A stretch of DNA of 64,000 bases from Octopus bimaculoides. Taxonomy: Eukaryota. A program made the translations under genes and the position numbers. Within the stretch, counting starts at the first letter, position 1. Each line of letters begins with the position of its first letter. Below are positions 50,701 to 61,600 of this stretch, piece after piece. A model generated the notes under the pieces. The model saw nothing but the letters and a program-made list of their open reading frames with translations, did not search any database and was not told the DNA's origin. The stretch lies in NCBI RefSeq assembly GCF_001194135.2, contig NC_068982.1, forward strand, positions 104,598,991 to 104,662,990, given 5' to 3'.

Positions 50701-51811
50701 AACTTCTAACTAATGCCCGAAGCATATATCAAATAATTTCTAACCAAAAAGTACTCACATTTCCTCCAGACACCAGAATGAAACCATCTTTGTTGTGGTT
50801 GAGAACTGTAACAGCAGATCTGTGTCCATTAAACTTGAACAGGGTCTCTCGATTCTCCAGATCAAACACGTTAATCATACCATTGACATAACCAACTGAC
50901 AGCTGTTTGTGATTCAGAGACACCTTCAAAGCTGTGACAGGAAATTTTTCACCTTTTAGAACTGAAACCTGAAACAAACATAAAATAATATGAGAAGCAT
51001 GCACAGAAAATTTTGCAGTATTGAATAACTTAATTTCAGATATATAGCCATCTGGCCATCCAATAGGAGTAAGCACTGGGTAGATATGGTGTTTTTACAT
51101 CTTTTACTATAAGAAAGAATTTTTTCTTCATGGTAACTGCAGTGAATTTGCCATTAGAAATTAAAATATGTCACAAACATATTTCAACTGAAGTTCATAT
51201 ATATACATATATATATAAATACACACACACACACAGAAGTAAGCATGTAGTTTTGTGTTCTATCCCATAGCACTTTAGGCAAGTGTCTTCTACTATAGCG
51301 GTAGGCTGATCAAAGTCTTGTGAGTGGATTTGGAAGAAGGAAACTGAAAGATACTTGCTATGTGTGTTCCTATCTTAACATCACATGACAGTTGTAAACA
51401 AACATTACCATCATATAAGTGGTTCTGTTTGTTTGCAGTCTTTTATGAAAATATGTCCAGCAATTTGTGCTGTTTGTATTCAAATGACAAAGGGTAATAT
51501 TACCTCACTTAAAACAGGTGAAGGTTTGTAACAGGAGGAGCATCCAGTCAATAAAAATCTACAGCTATGTATTTTGCTTGAGCCATGCAAATATGGAAAA
51601 ACTTTCATTATACTGAAATAAAAGATCTTTTTTTTTTTACCTTTTTTCTACTACGCAAATCCCAAATAATAACATCTTCACAGGCTGCAACAGCCACATA
51701 TCTCCCAAATGTGTTGAGGTAGTTCAGAAATTGAATATTTGATTGGTGACTTCCAATTATACCAAATGTTTCCTGGTGAATGTATCGAAGATACTGCTTT
51801 GTAAGACCCAT
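19631..51811 (-). CDS. WDR3: WD repeat-containing protein 3 (UTP12/DIP2 homologue, SSU processome); 25 coding exons, ~900 aa
   Basis: Exons in transcription order: 51811-51641, 50968-50759, 49468-49350, 46200-46122, 45721-45632, 43079-42978, 40902-40798, 38853-38762, 38425-38311, 37207-37017, 36009-35916, 35242-35141, 33690-33602, 32824-32756, 32115-32043, 31204-31047, 28896-28785, 28508-28374, 27341-27294, 26572-26507, 25120-25055, 24354-24260, 23294-23166, 22059-21966, 19729-19631 (TAA). All introns GT-AG, phases join into 2703 nt. Hallmarks: [10 protein letters not shown] start, [68 protein letters not shown], Utp12 C-terminal domain (NPFLLAYG...LPY...GYN). Confidence 0.93.
20621..20860 (-). 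mobile_element. LINE reverse-transcriptase fragment (RTE-like)
   Basis: Encodes [21 protein letters not shown] and [16 protein letters not shown] (QG and YADD motifs). Confidence 0.85.
24487..24826. other. Assembly gap (340 N) next to (TA)n
   Basis: Run of N. Other gaps at 1254-1263, 6089-6098, 8398-8455, 20727-20736. None interrupts a predicted exon chain. Confidence 0.99.
29457..30525 (+). mobile_element. Penelope-like retroelement remnant: inverted pseudo-LTR + 5'-truncated GIY-YIG endonuclease + pseudo-LTR
   Basis: ~400-bp imperfect inverted repeat (29457-29852 vs 30128-30525). The spacer and right arm encode [14 protein letters not shown]...RVEEH...DHVW...KLKEAAHM (GIY-YIG with Cys/His motif), broken by frameshifts. 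Confidence 0.85.
30448..30483 (+). ncRNA. Hammerhead-ribozyme-like core in the Penelope pseudo-LTR (probably degenerate in this copy)
   Basis: CTGATGA (30448-30454), A, stem GGCT...AGCC (30456-30475), GAAAC-GTT (30476-30483). The mirror copy on the - strand (~29496-29522) has lost the GAAAC segment. Confidence 0.5.
36246..36625 (+). mobile_element. tRNA-derived CORE-like SINE, near full-length copy
   Basis: Head, GGCACCTTGGGCAAGTG segment, internal (TG)n and 3' body ending GACTGAAACAAGTAAAAGAGTA; homologous to the copies listed for 295-478. Confidence 0.75.
41405..41770 (+). mobile_element. RTE-3'UTR-type repeat, longest copy in the window
   Basis: Closely matches 5826-6088 and 2920-3260, with additional 5' sequence. 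Confidence 0.8.
42110..42950 (-). mobile_element. Head-to-tail cluster of four diverged SINEs of the MetaSINE-like family
   Basis: The blocks GTACTTATTT...GAAAGGA...AAAG and ATTTGAACTCA recur in units at ~42110-42260, ~42290-42470, ~42485-42700 and ~42720-42950. Confidence 0.65.
44100..45180 (-). mobile_element. Degraded RTE-like LINE fragment
   Basis: Broken frames give [47 protein letters not shown]...WYGHVM; homologous to 10550-11007 and 20621-20860. Confidence 0.75.
48814..49198 (+). mobile_element. tRNA-derived SINE (same family as 4345-4726) with 12-bp TSD
   Basis: Collinear with 4345-4726 over its whole length; TSD ACAGATATTAAT at 48802-48813 and 49199-49210. Confidence 0.9.
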
Positions 51812-52087
51812 TTCATATGACCTGAAAACAGAACATTATCATCATAATCATTATTTTACATTCATTTTCCTTTATGCTGAATTTGCATGTTTCTCGAGGT
51901 TAGTTGAGCATCTTGTTGACATACTGAGATGTAATAACATGGACCAACGTAAAGACGAAGCTCATGCGAGCCTCATCAACGTCTTGATTGATACTAATAA
52001 TTCTTTCTACTATAAGCACAACGACTGAAATTTGATGGGAAGGGGACTAGCCGATTACATCGACCCCAATGTTTCACTAGTATTTAA

Positions 52088-52345
52088 TTGGTAATCATCA
52101 AGTTTGGGAGGATAAAAAAAAAAAATAAAAATATTCAAGGGAAGTAACTGAACGTCTTACCAGTATTCTCCGTACATCTCTGTTTATAAATAAATCACAC
52201 ACGTGATTTGATTGACGTTAGGGTTAGGATGTGATTTATTTATAAACAGCTAGAAGAAAACGGATAATACTGGTAAGTCGTTCAGTTATTTCCCTTGAAT
52301 ATTTTTATTTATTTTTTTTATCCCCCTAAACTTGAAGATTACCAT
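52088..52345. repeat. Fold-back (MITE-like) element with ~110-bp imperfect arms and a TTAGGG-containing loop
   Basis: 52088-52199 is the imperfect reverse complement of 52230-52345. The loop holds CACGTG (52200-52205) and TTAGGGTTAGG (52218-52228). TTAA flanks both ends (52084-52087, 52346-52349). Confidence 0.8.
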
Positions 52346-53164
52346 TTAATTTATCAATCCCAAAAGGCTAAAACTAATACCATTGGAAAAGGCATGGAAA
52401 ATATCATTCTCTTTCAGGTGAGGTTTTGTGTTGTATAAAATATCGGAAATCAATATAATACCAAGTTTTCAAGAAAAATAGGGATGTTGTGTGTCGTTAT
52501 ATATTTTACCTATTTTTCTTCATATGAAAAAGATATTACTTGAGATATACCGTTTTGGGGGTAATTATTAGAGATTCATCGGTTAAAAGAGTTCTGTGAC
52601 TCAAAACTCCTTGCTTTTATTAAACATCGACGAACCAATTTTCAAAAAAACATTTATAAGAGAGGGAAATAAGAAATAAACTATTGACAGTGATTTAAAA
52701 CCAAAAAGGTTCAAAGGTGTAAAATCCAGAATGTAAATAAACATCGAATAAGGCCGGTCACAATTAAAGCAAATGATAAAATATAGCAATAAATTTAACT
52801 TCTATTATTTACTGGAAACTATCATTCAACCTCCTAAAAAAAACAAGTAAACTTTACGATTTTAATATTTTATTTTGTTATGACGAGGTATTTTTGTATC
52901 TTCTTTTGAGTTTACGATTGTAATATGAAAGAACTCCAAAGTGTATAAACATATTTAGTTTGCATTTGAAGAGTAGAAATATATTTTATTTACATTGGTA
53001 ATTAAATTTTCATTCTTTAGAAAAGAAAAATGAAACAAGTGGGGCAGTACGATACTAATACTTTCGTCATTGTATATACAATTATTTTTCTTGCATTTAT
53101 TTAATAGGGCATAACTAAAGTAGTTTTAAAACTTGTCAATAAAAACGCCAAAATTTACACTTTT

Positions 53165-53226
53165 ACATACCCTAATCTTGTAAATAACACGTGCCTGCTT
53201 TAACCATAATCCTGTATCAGCACGTG
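53165..53226 (-). promoter_or_regulatory. Candidate WDR3 non-coding first-exon donor with two canonical E-boxes
   Basis: Minus-strand AGG|GTATGT donor (53170-53165); CACGTG at 53188-53193 and 53221-53226. The ATG exon has an acceptor (TGTTTTCAG, AG at 51823-51822) 10 nt before the ATG, so an upstream non-coding exon is expected. Confidence 0.4.
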
Positions 53227-53456
53227 CTTTCTCTAAGCAGTTATCGCCACTGTCTTAAAGTAAACGGTGTAAAGTAAAGAGTTCTTCCTACATTATTATT
53301 CCTTTTAACGTTATACTTGTCAAACTTGTGACTCGATTTGTTATGTATTAGAAAGAAAACAATCACTTCATGGAAGAACCATCTTAGCCATTTAAAAAAC
53401 TCAAAATTTCTTAAATTCTCATTTATTCTTGAAGTTACAAAATTTTCGTGGTGGAC

Positions 53457-53866
53457 CTGTAACTTTTTTATTTTTTAATTTTGGCGATTTTCGTTTTCGA
53501 TAATGTGTTCTATATGTCACGGTCATGCGATTCCCCCTAAAAAAAATGTTGGACCCCCCACCCACACATTTTTGACATTGTGTTCTACATGTCACGCTTT
53601 TTACCAGAGAACGGTAATACAAAATTTTTTCAAAAATAGAAAGCCTGTAACAAAATTCGAAAGCAATTCCGATTCTAAAAAAAATTGTTTGAAATATTTC
53701 AATTCCCCACCCCCACCAAGCAGGCTATTTACATGCTAGAAATAATAGCCAAATCTGGTTAGGGTTAGGGTTAGGTTTTTTTTTAGGGGGAATCGCATGA
53801 CCGTGACATATAGAACACATTATCGAAAACGAAAATCGCCAAAATTAAAAAATAAAAAAGTTACAG
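53457..53866. repeat. Fold-back (MITE-like) element with perfect 90-bp inverted arms and internal telomeric repeats
   Basis: 53457-53546 is the exact reverse complement of 53777-53866; TTAGGGTTAGGGTTAGG (53759-53775) abuts the right arm. Confidence 0.9.
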
Positions 53867-55462
53867 CCATTTTCCCTCAGTGTCTAATTCCAATGTCCAC
53901 CATTTTCGTTGCCCCACTGCGACCTGGTCATTGACACAGTTCTGCTGTAACTATTTGAAACTTAGTTAATAGCATTTTTTTTCCTTGTTGAACTTATGGA
54001 CATATCAGTCTGTTGTATACCTATTAATTGATCTCAAATCTCTTGATATCGGTCGTCGTTTGTCACTTCCAGATTAACTGCGCAAAAATGTTCTAAAAAT
54101 ACAAAACAAATTAAAACGTCATGACGGGTTAATTGGTATGCTTCGATCAGAACTCCACCAAATTAAACAAAACTTTAAACAAACTTCAATATTCAGTACT
54201 CTGTATAGTGATATCTCTTCTATTACTCTTTGAAACAATCGAAGAAAAATCTTATGGGAGTTGGGAGTTCTATGTAAGATACATAAGTGTTATATAGGCT
54301 TGAAAAATATTGCTGCTTTTGAACAATTGTGTGGAAAATAATCCTCCCTAACAATTTTCCAGGGCTAGGTAAGACACGAAAAGTACGAATAAGTCAAAGC
54401 TAAAAGCCACAGGTTAGCTGAAGCGATTAAACAAGTAGAAGGGACACCTACAGATCCTTCTCTAAATCCCTCTGCAGTTTCGGATAGACCTATTGAAACA
54501 ACTATTAAACATTATTTTTTACATCAAAAGTAAATAATTTCCCATTGAATGGACTGACCGTGATAATATGCAACCAGATTTTTGGAAGAGGAAAGTATTG
54601 AATGATACCTTCCTTCAATTTTATGATGCAATATACTATCAAAACCCAATTGAGATATGGATTGAAGGTTGTATTTTCCCATTCCCAATTTAGGCATGAC
54701 TCGATCCAAGACATCAGAAGTAACAAAGACTTTTTTTAGTGTTTGTGTTTCCAAGTAATAAGTTTCGAATAAGTTCGTACGCCGCAGAGAGAAAATGAAT
54801 CTGATGTTTCAGGGATAGACTCTTTGTCCAAAAAAATTTGCCTTCACACGAAAAGTTCCTTGAAACTGCAGGTCCCTCTAAAACATTGGAACTTATTAAA
54901 ACAGATCAGCCTCGCAGTATATTTTTGCCAACAGAGACAACCTACCAGTTTCCTTGATAATTTATTATAAATGACAAGCATGAAGGGTTCTGAATTCAAT
55001 TGATTACACAATTGTATAATAAGGTATAAATAAGAAATTATAGTTTTCAGATTTCGATTAAAGTATTCGGCCTGTACCTCATTTCAGAGAGAGATGGCGA
55101 GAAGGTATAAACAATTGGATGGGAAAAGAAAGGCTCAAAAAGACATCAGGAAAGAGTGTGCATGTTTGCGCATGTAACTTTACCCATCACAACTTGCCAC
55201 CACTTCTCGATGCTTTCGAGTGAGTACTGGAATTTATTTCCACAAGGAACAAACATATTACGTACCGTTTTTGTATCCGGAATTAACAACTTTTTGTGGT
55301 AGGTTAATTGACTTTCTTTATCAATATGTTAAGAATATCAATCCTTCAATGAACTATTTACCATTTCTGTGAATTTAATACATTTCACTGTTTTGTTTTG
55401 TTTTCCTTTGAGAATATTTTACATCTTTTTTTTACTTAAAAACTCACGATATCGCATTGAAT

Positions 55463-57313
55463 ATGGCATTATTCAGGTTTCTCATGGTTAATTTGAACCG
55501 AACGCCATTGCAAGTTTTCAGGACAGTAAATCGCTATTATTCTAGAAAATATACCTTATGGCATTCTGTTGTACCTTGCTTTACAAAAGTGAAATCCGTT
55601 TATCTTCACCCATGCCGTTTTGTCGGTTATTCTTCTCTTGCAATTGGATGCGTTGCATTTTGCGCGGGTAATCTTTCGAATGATAACGAGGGACTGTTAA
55701 ATTCCATAAAGACATTTGACACCTCAGGAACTGAAACAGCAATAAAATCTGGTGTGGATGTTAACCAAAGACACGTTCTTGGGTGGACACCTCTTCAGTT
55801 AGCTGTTATTAACCGAAATTCAGCTGCAGTTTCGATGCTTCTGAAGGCTGGTGCCGATGTACAGCTGGGAGATGAATATAGTAACTCTTTGAAGATTGCC
55901 CGAGAAAAAAGAATGAATTCCCTCCAAGTTCTTTTAACGAGAGAAGAAGAATTTAGTGATCGACTTAGCAACCGTGCGAATTTCAAAGGTTGTACAGCAC
56001 TTCATTATGCTGTGCTTATTGATGATTTAAATTTTGTGACACAATTATTAAATGCTGGGGCTAATCCTTCAGCTGAAAATGAACTGGGTCACAAACCATA
56101 TGATTACGCTCGAACACAGAATATGAAACAAAATTTAATTGAGAGTGAGAAAAAATTCAAAGAAATGCAAGCAAAGAAAGAGCTGGAAGATAGACGCAAA
56201 TATCCTCTTGAACAAAGACTTAAAGAACACATCATTGGACAAGAAGGCGCTATCAATAATGTTGCTGCTGCTATTCGGAGAAAAGAGAATGGGTGGTATG
56301 ACGAAGACCATCCACTGGTGTTTCTTTTTCTTGGTTCATCTGGTATAGGTAAGACGGAACTTGCTAAACAAGTGGCAAAATACCTCCATAAGGATGTTAA
56401 AAAAGGTTTTGTCCGCATTGATATGTCCGAGTATCAAGAAAAACATGAAGTAGCAAAATTTATAGGTTCACCTCCTGGTTATGTTGGTCATGAAGAAGGT
56501 GGTCAATTGACCAAGAAATTGACAGAATATCCGAATGCTGTGGTTTTGTTTGATGAAGTGGACAAAGCTCATCCAGATATACTTACCATTATGTTACAAT
56601 TATTTGACGAAGGTCGATTGACTGACGGCAAAGGCAAAACAATTGAATGCAAAGATGCTTTGTTCATCATGACATCTAATTTAGCTAATGATGAAATAGC
56701 AAACCATGCCATTCAGTTACGCGAAGAAGCTGCAGAAGTATCAAAACTGAAGCATTCGGACTCTTTAGAAGATATAAAAGTATCAGATGTTGTTATTTCA
56801 AAAAAATTCAAAATTCACGTTGTACAACCAATTCTCAAACATCATTTTAGAAGAGATGAATTTTTAGGTAGGATAAATGAAATTGTCTACTTTTTGCCAT
56901 TTTCTCCTGCAGAACTCAGCAAACTAGTTGTTAAAGAACTGAAATTTTGGGCTGATCGTGCAAGATCAAAGCATTCTATTGAGCTTACATGGGATCATTT
57001 AGTGGTTGATGTATTGGCTAGTGGCTACAACGTTAACTATGGAGCTAGATCTATCAAGCATGAAGTTGAAAGACTTGTTGTATCTCAGCTAGCCCTAGCA
57101 CATGAACGGGAGCTCATCAAGAAAGGTTGTTCAATTAAACTGTGTGTTTCTAATGTTGATGATTTACTTAAAACAGAAGATGGAAAAGAGAAAACTTCAA
57201 CTGAAAAAACAATAAAAATACAAATTTTGGATAAGGGAAAGTCAAATAAGTATATAGACTTAAAGTTTGGCAATGAAAACAATCCATTTAATTTATTACC
57301 TGGAGATAATTGA
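55463..57313 (+). CDS. CLPB: Mitochondrial disaggregase CLPB/Skd3 (ankyrin repeats + Hsp100 AAA+ domain), single coding exon, 616 aa from first ATG
   Basis: Uninterrupted ORF (the track starts at TTG 55457; first ATG is 55463). Arg-rich, acid-free N-terminal presequence, hydrophobic stretch ending ...IGCVAFC (resembles the PARL cleavage site), ankyrin repeats [14 protein letters not shown] and [10 protein letters not shown], Walker A GSSGIGKT, pore loop IGSPPGYVG, Walker [10 protein letters not shown], sensor-1 [13 protein letters not shown], sensor-2 GARSI. Confidence 0.96.
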   Translation: MALFRFLMVNLNRTPLQVFRTVNRYYSRKYTLWHSVVPCFTKVKSVYLHPCRFVGYSSLAIGCVAFCAGNLSNDNEGLLNSIKTFDTSGTETAIKSGVDVNQRHVLGWTPLQLAVINRNSAAVSMLLKAGADVQLGDEYSNSLKIAREKRMNSLQVLLTREEEFSDRLSNRANFKGCTALHYAVLIDDLNFVTQLLNAGANPSAENELGHKPYDYARTQNMKQNLIESEKKFKEMQAKKELEDRRKYPLEQRLKEHIIGQEGAINNVAAAIRRKENGWYDEDHPLVFLFLGSSGIGKTELAKQVAKYLHKDVKKGFVRIDMSEYQEKHEVAKFIGSPPGYVGHEEGGQLTKKLTEYPNAVVLFDEVDKAHPDILTIMLQLFDEGRLTDGKGKTIECKDALFIMTSNLANDEIANHAIQLREEAAEVSKLKHSDSLEDIKVSDVVISKKFKIHVVQPILKHHFRRDEFLGRINEIVYFLPFSPAELSKLVVKELKFWADRARSKHSIELTWDHLVVDVLASGYNVNYGARSIKHEVERLVVSQLALAHERELIKKGCSIKLCVSNVDDLLKTEDGKEKTSTEKTIKIQILDKGKSNKYIDLKFGNENNPFNLLPGDN

Positions 57314-57418
57314 AGCGCTTGTATGTTTTCCTAGCATCTTAGAATTAATTGTATACTTTGTTTGCATTCATATCAAGAACAGAAATAATTAACAATATTT
57401 TTTGAAGCTGATAAATGT

Positions 57419-57541
57419 AATAAACACAATATTTGCTGCAAAACAGCTACATCGTTTTTTTTTCCCATTTTATCAGCAGATTTAGGCCAACCATTCCAAC
57501 TCTAGATTTTATTGGTTTATTTGAAGCCCATTGTGAATAAA
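57419..57541 (+). terminator. Candidate CLPB polyadenylation signals
   Basis: AATAAA at 57419-57424 and 57536-57541, downstream of TGA 57313. The hexamer is common in AT-rich DNA. Confidence 0.35.
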
Positions 57542-57546
57542 ATTGA

Positions 57547-57606
<60 letters not shown>

Positions 57607-57728
57607 TATGTTATGATTGTCTATTCTCTTCAAAATTAACAATTTTTGTATTTAAACTAAGTTCATATTATTTCTCTTTGATTAAAACATTTTTTGCAAA
57701 TAGTACTTCAATGAAAAATTGTTTCAAG

Positions 57729-57794
<66 letters not shown>

Positions 57795-58399
57795 TGCATG
57801 AGCAAGCATACACATACACACACAAATTTTCATTAGCTTCTTTTTTTTTTTTCTCTCTTTCAAATCCTAAATAGTTATGTCTCTTTTCTTTTCTCAAAAT
57901 ACTTTGATGATATCCTACACCAATAGGAAAAACAAAAGGACAAATCAGAATAAGTCTGTTAAGGTTTATAAGAGAGAGAAAAGTTACTTATTTGTCTTAA
58001 CTGAAAGAGTCCGACATAAGAATCTGTGCGTGCATGTCCATATGTAATTTGTCCATTACATGTTGAGGTATGTGCTTGCCCTTTACAAGTATGAAAACTT
58101 AGCATGTAATTCATTTATGAAGATTATTTTTTTAACTTTTTGCCTCCTCAATTTTTCATTTGTCTTAAATCTCCCTTTCATTATTTGTAAGTGTGGTTAA
58201 GCTACAGGAGTACCACTGATTATGTTGTTACTTCCTGATCTGCCATTGGCATTTATTTGTTACATACCTCTGCAAGATTTTTTTTTTCTCGTAAGAGAGT
58301 CCCAAACAAGAAAGAAGCCACTTAGTGTAAGAGACTATGAAGAGAAATTAAGACAAAAGAAATGAGTTTACTTAAGACTTGAAGTAGTTCATGCCATAA

Positions 58400-58620
58400 G
58401 GAGGGAAACATTGAGATAGAAGAGAATTCTAAAGTCTTGCAGTATGAGGGGAAAAAACTATGACAATAGAAAGAATTCTTTATTGGTGGAAACACAACTG
58501 CATTTGGATGAAGACACTGAGTTTTGAGTCAGGCAAAGTGATCTGGAACTAAGAGAGAAAGTTCATCAGAGGACTTCCTGTGGCAATAATGATAGAAAAA
58601 ATTAAGACTGGTGATGTCAT
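58400..58620 (-). mobile_element. Ancient L2/Jockey-group LINE C-terminal remnant
   Basis: The minus strand reads FYHYCHRKSSDELSLLVP...HPNAVVFP...HSFFPHTARL*NSL, resembling the SFFPRT..LWNSLP terminus of these LINEs. A similar remnant lies at ~34520-34660. Confidence 0.45.
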
Positions 58621-61600
58621 ATCGATGTGACAAGGGTTGCAGAATTGAACCCAGTCAAGGAGATCCAAGTGTCAAGATGGTGCACCTACCCAAATATGAC
58701 AGCAATATTCCATACAAGGATGAATTGATGACTTGTAAAGATGTGGCTGTTGCTTCAGATTATGTTGATAGTTCCTTCTCGGAAATCTTTTAAAAATTTA
58801 GGGTTTCCTCTGCTTATCACTTTAAATTAAACTGAACACTTTCAAATTCTGATTGATGAAAAGATTAGGAGTTTAATTTGATTTATCTATTTTTATTACT
58901 TGATTCATAATTCAGGATTTCAGCATTACATAAAAGTTTATTTTCCTTTGCATGTGTCAGCTGAACAGGCATAAATATAACATTTTTCCATATGCACTAA
59001 TTCTCCTGCATTTTATATGTGATCCCCAACTGAATGACCTCACACTCTCTCCCAATAAGCAAGTTTCTACATGATCACTCAACCTGCTAGAAATCTTCCT
59101 ATCACACCAACTTCAATGTCTTGTAAAAGGACCTATTAGATAATGCTATCTTTGACATAGGAACTGGGATATGATCATGGTTGGAATGTCTTTCATCATA
59201 TGTCTGCTCTAACATGTCTCGTAGGGCTAAATAACAACATATTTTACCTACCCATATTTCATATCCCCAGAACCTGCCATATGTATGTGTGAGTGGTACA
59301 TGAAAAGCACCCACTACACTCTGTAAAGTGGTTGGTGTTGGGAAGGGCATCCAACCAAAGAAACCATGCCAAATCAGATTGAAACCTGTTGCAGTTTACC
59401 AGTTTTCAGTCAAACCGTCCAACCTCTGCCAGTATGGAAAACGGACATTAAATGGTGATGATGATGAAGTACTGGGGTTAATATGATCAACTAAAATCCT
59501 GGAAGCAAAGCCATAGTAAAATGGCTGACACCAATAAAGAAATAAAAGAATATTCATACAATTTCTTTTTTGGTACCCATCCACTAACATCTTTGATAAC
59601 CAGTCACTTTCTCTGCTCAATTGATCAAGGCTGGTTTTGAACTTAGGATGTGAGTAAATGCTGTAAACAACTCAAACAATTCTATCATCACTAATTAATA
59701 ATGATAATTTATTACAATTGATATGTTTAATGTATTATAATTTAATTTTTACTAATATATTTCTCAATCAGAATATGCTGTAGACTATTTATTTTTATTT
59801 ATTTATTTATTTTTCAAGACATCTGGAGCAAATATCTTTTATAGCTGAATGTCCTTCCTATCACTTTCTCATTCAGCCATGCAAATGAAGGTCACCTGCT
59901 TTCTAGTAAATGAAACAAGTGAAGTTATGTCCCTTCCATAACAAACAAAAATAAAAGCTATAGTACAGTTCGAACTTAGTCAGTTTCGGGTCTTTTGTCT
60001 CTGATTTGATTTTATCTTGTGTATATTTTTTTGATTTTTTATTATAATATATTTATAGATGTAACTTTGCCAAAACTGCACCCCAAATAATAGGTTTCCT
60101 TTTCATAAATATTTCTATCTTAATTAGTTGCTGACCTACATAGTTGAAAAATGTTATATTTATGCCTGACAACTATCTTAATTAGTTGCTGACACACACC
60201 TTTATTACTAGAGTACTGCTTAAGGTGGTGACATGACAGAGCTGTTAGCACGCCAAACAAAATGTTTAGTGGCATTTCTTCTGCCTCTTTATATTCTCAC
60301 CAGGTTCAAATTCCACTGAGATCAACTTTGCCTTTCATCTATTCAGGGTCGATAAAATAAATAACAGTTGAGCACTGGGATCAATGTAATTGACTAACTC
60401 CTCTGCTCCTAAAATAGGTGGCTTTGTGCCAAAATGAGAATTATTAGTACTGCTTGCATAGGTGAAGCAGTGCTTCTGTTCCACACCAGAACATCATATT
60501 CTACATGTAAATGAAGTCCGTTTAATTGTAATTGCTAAAGATTCAATTACCAACAAGTTCACAGGCACATACACATTGTTTCTACTCTTTGTCTCTTCTG
60601 AACTTGCTAAATATATTTGTTTGCTACAACCCTTTCTCCAGGCTTACTTAATACATCTTCTACTCTCTTCTCTCTATTCCAGTTTCCATAGCCAACAATT
60701 CTCTTCTGCCACAAAGATTAACTTTGTTTACTAATAAAACGCTAGACATGTACAGACTAAGTATTAATGTTGACCAGAATCCTTATAAAACATAACTCTC
60801 TCTCACACTATACGTATATGTATATAATCATTATCATCATCCGTTAACATCCGTTTTCCATGCTGGCAGGTTCCAGTCTGATTTGGCTTGATTTCTACAG
60901 TTGGATGCCCTTCCTAATGCCAACCACTTTACAGAGTTCAGTGGATGCTTTTTATGTGGCACACATAAACAGAGCTGGAAATTCTCACCTGCAAATTCCT
61001 ACCTGTCAACATAACAGGTGTTGAAACTGAACACAGATTTCATCAACATTATCAATGACAGCTGATGAAGAAACCTCTGCATGGTTACTCTATTTGCTGA
61101 AAATATCAGCTAAATTTCCTTCAAATCAGACCCTATTATCTTAAATGAGAAAAGATCTCCATTAGATAATGCAGTCCTACTTAACCTTAAATCAACAGAA
61201 TAGTCATGGCTGGAATGCCTTTGATCTTAAGTCCTCCATCAGGGTTCACCTAAATCTAAATATCTTTCCTAACAGAATAACAAAATTTACAAAGCTCAAT
61301 TTATTGATCTGTTAGCCAGAACAGCTATTCCCCCATTGACAGATTTTCCCTGAAAGTCTAATCATTTACAACAGATGGATCAACTAAGAAAGAAAGTTAT
61401 TCTCATGTTTTTATTTGTATTTCATATTTCCTGCATATTTATAAATATATACTGTCCAGAGAAAACATAAGTTCTTCTATGCAATCATGCAACATGTTGG
61501 AGATAGCAACCAAATTTTCCAATCACACTACCATTGTAAAAAAGAAAGCACACCAGATAATGTAATCCTAGATAAACTGTCGGAAATAAACAATACATGA

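Noticed and set aside
53759-53775. TTAGGG repeats as a telomere or chromosome-fusion scar
   Set aside because: Fewer than three units, embedded in fold-back elements; no head-to-head TTAGGG/CCCTAA array.
55795-57282. Short antisense and alternative-frame ORFs overlapping CLPB
   Set aside because: No recognisable domains; expected by-products of a long coding ORF.
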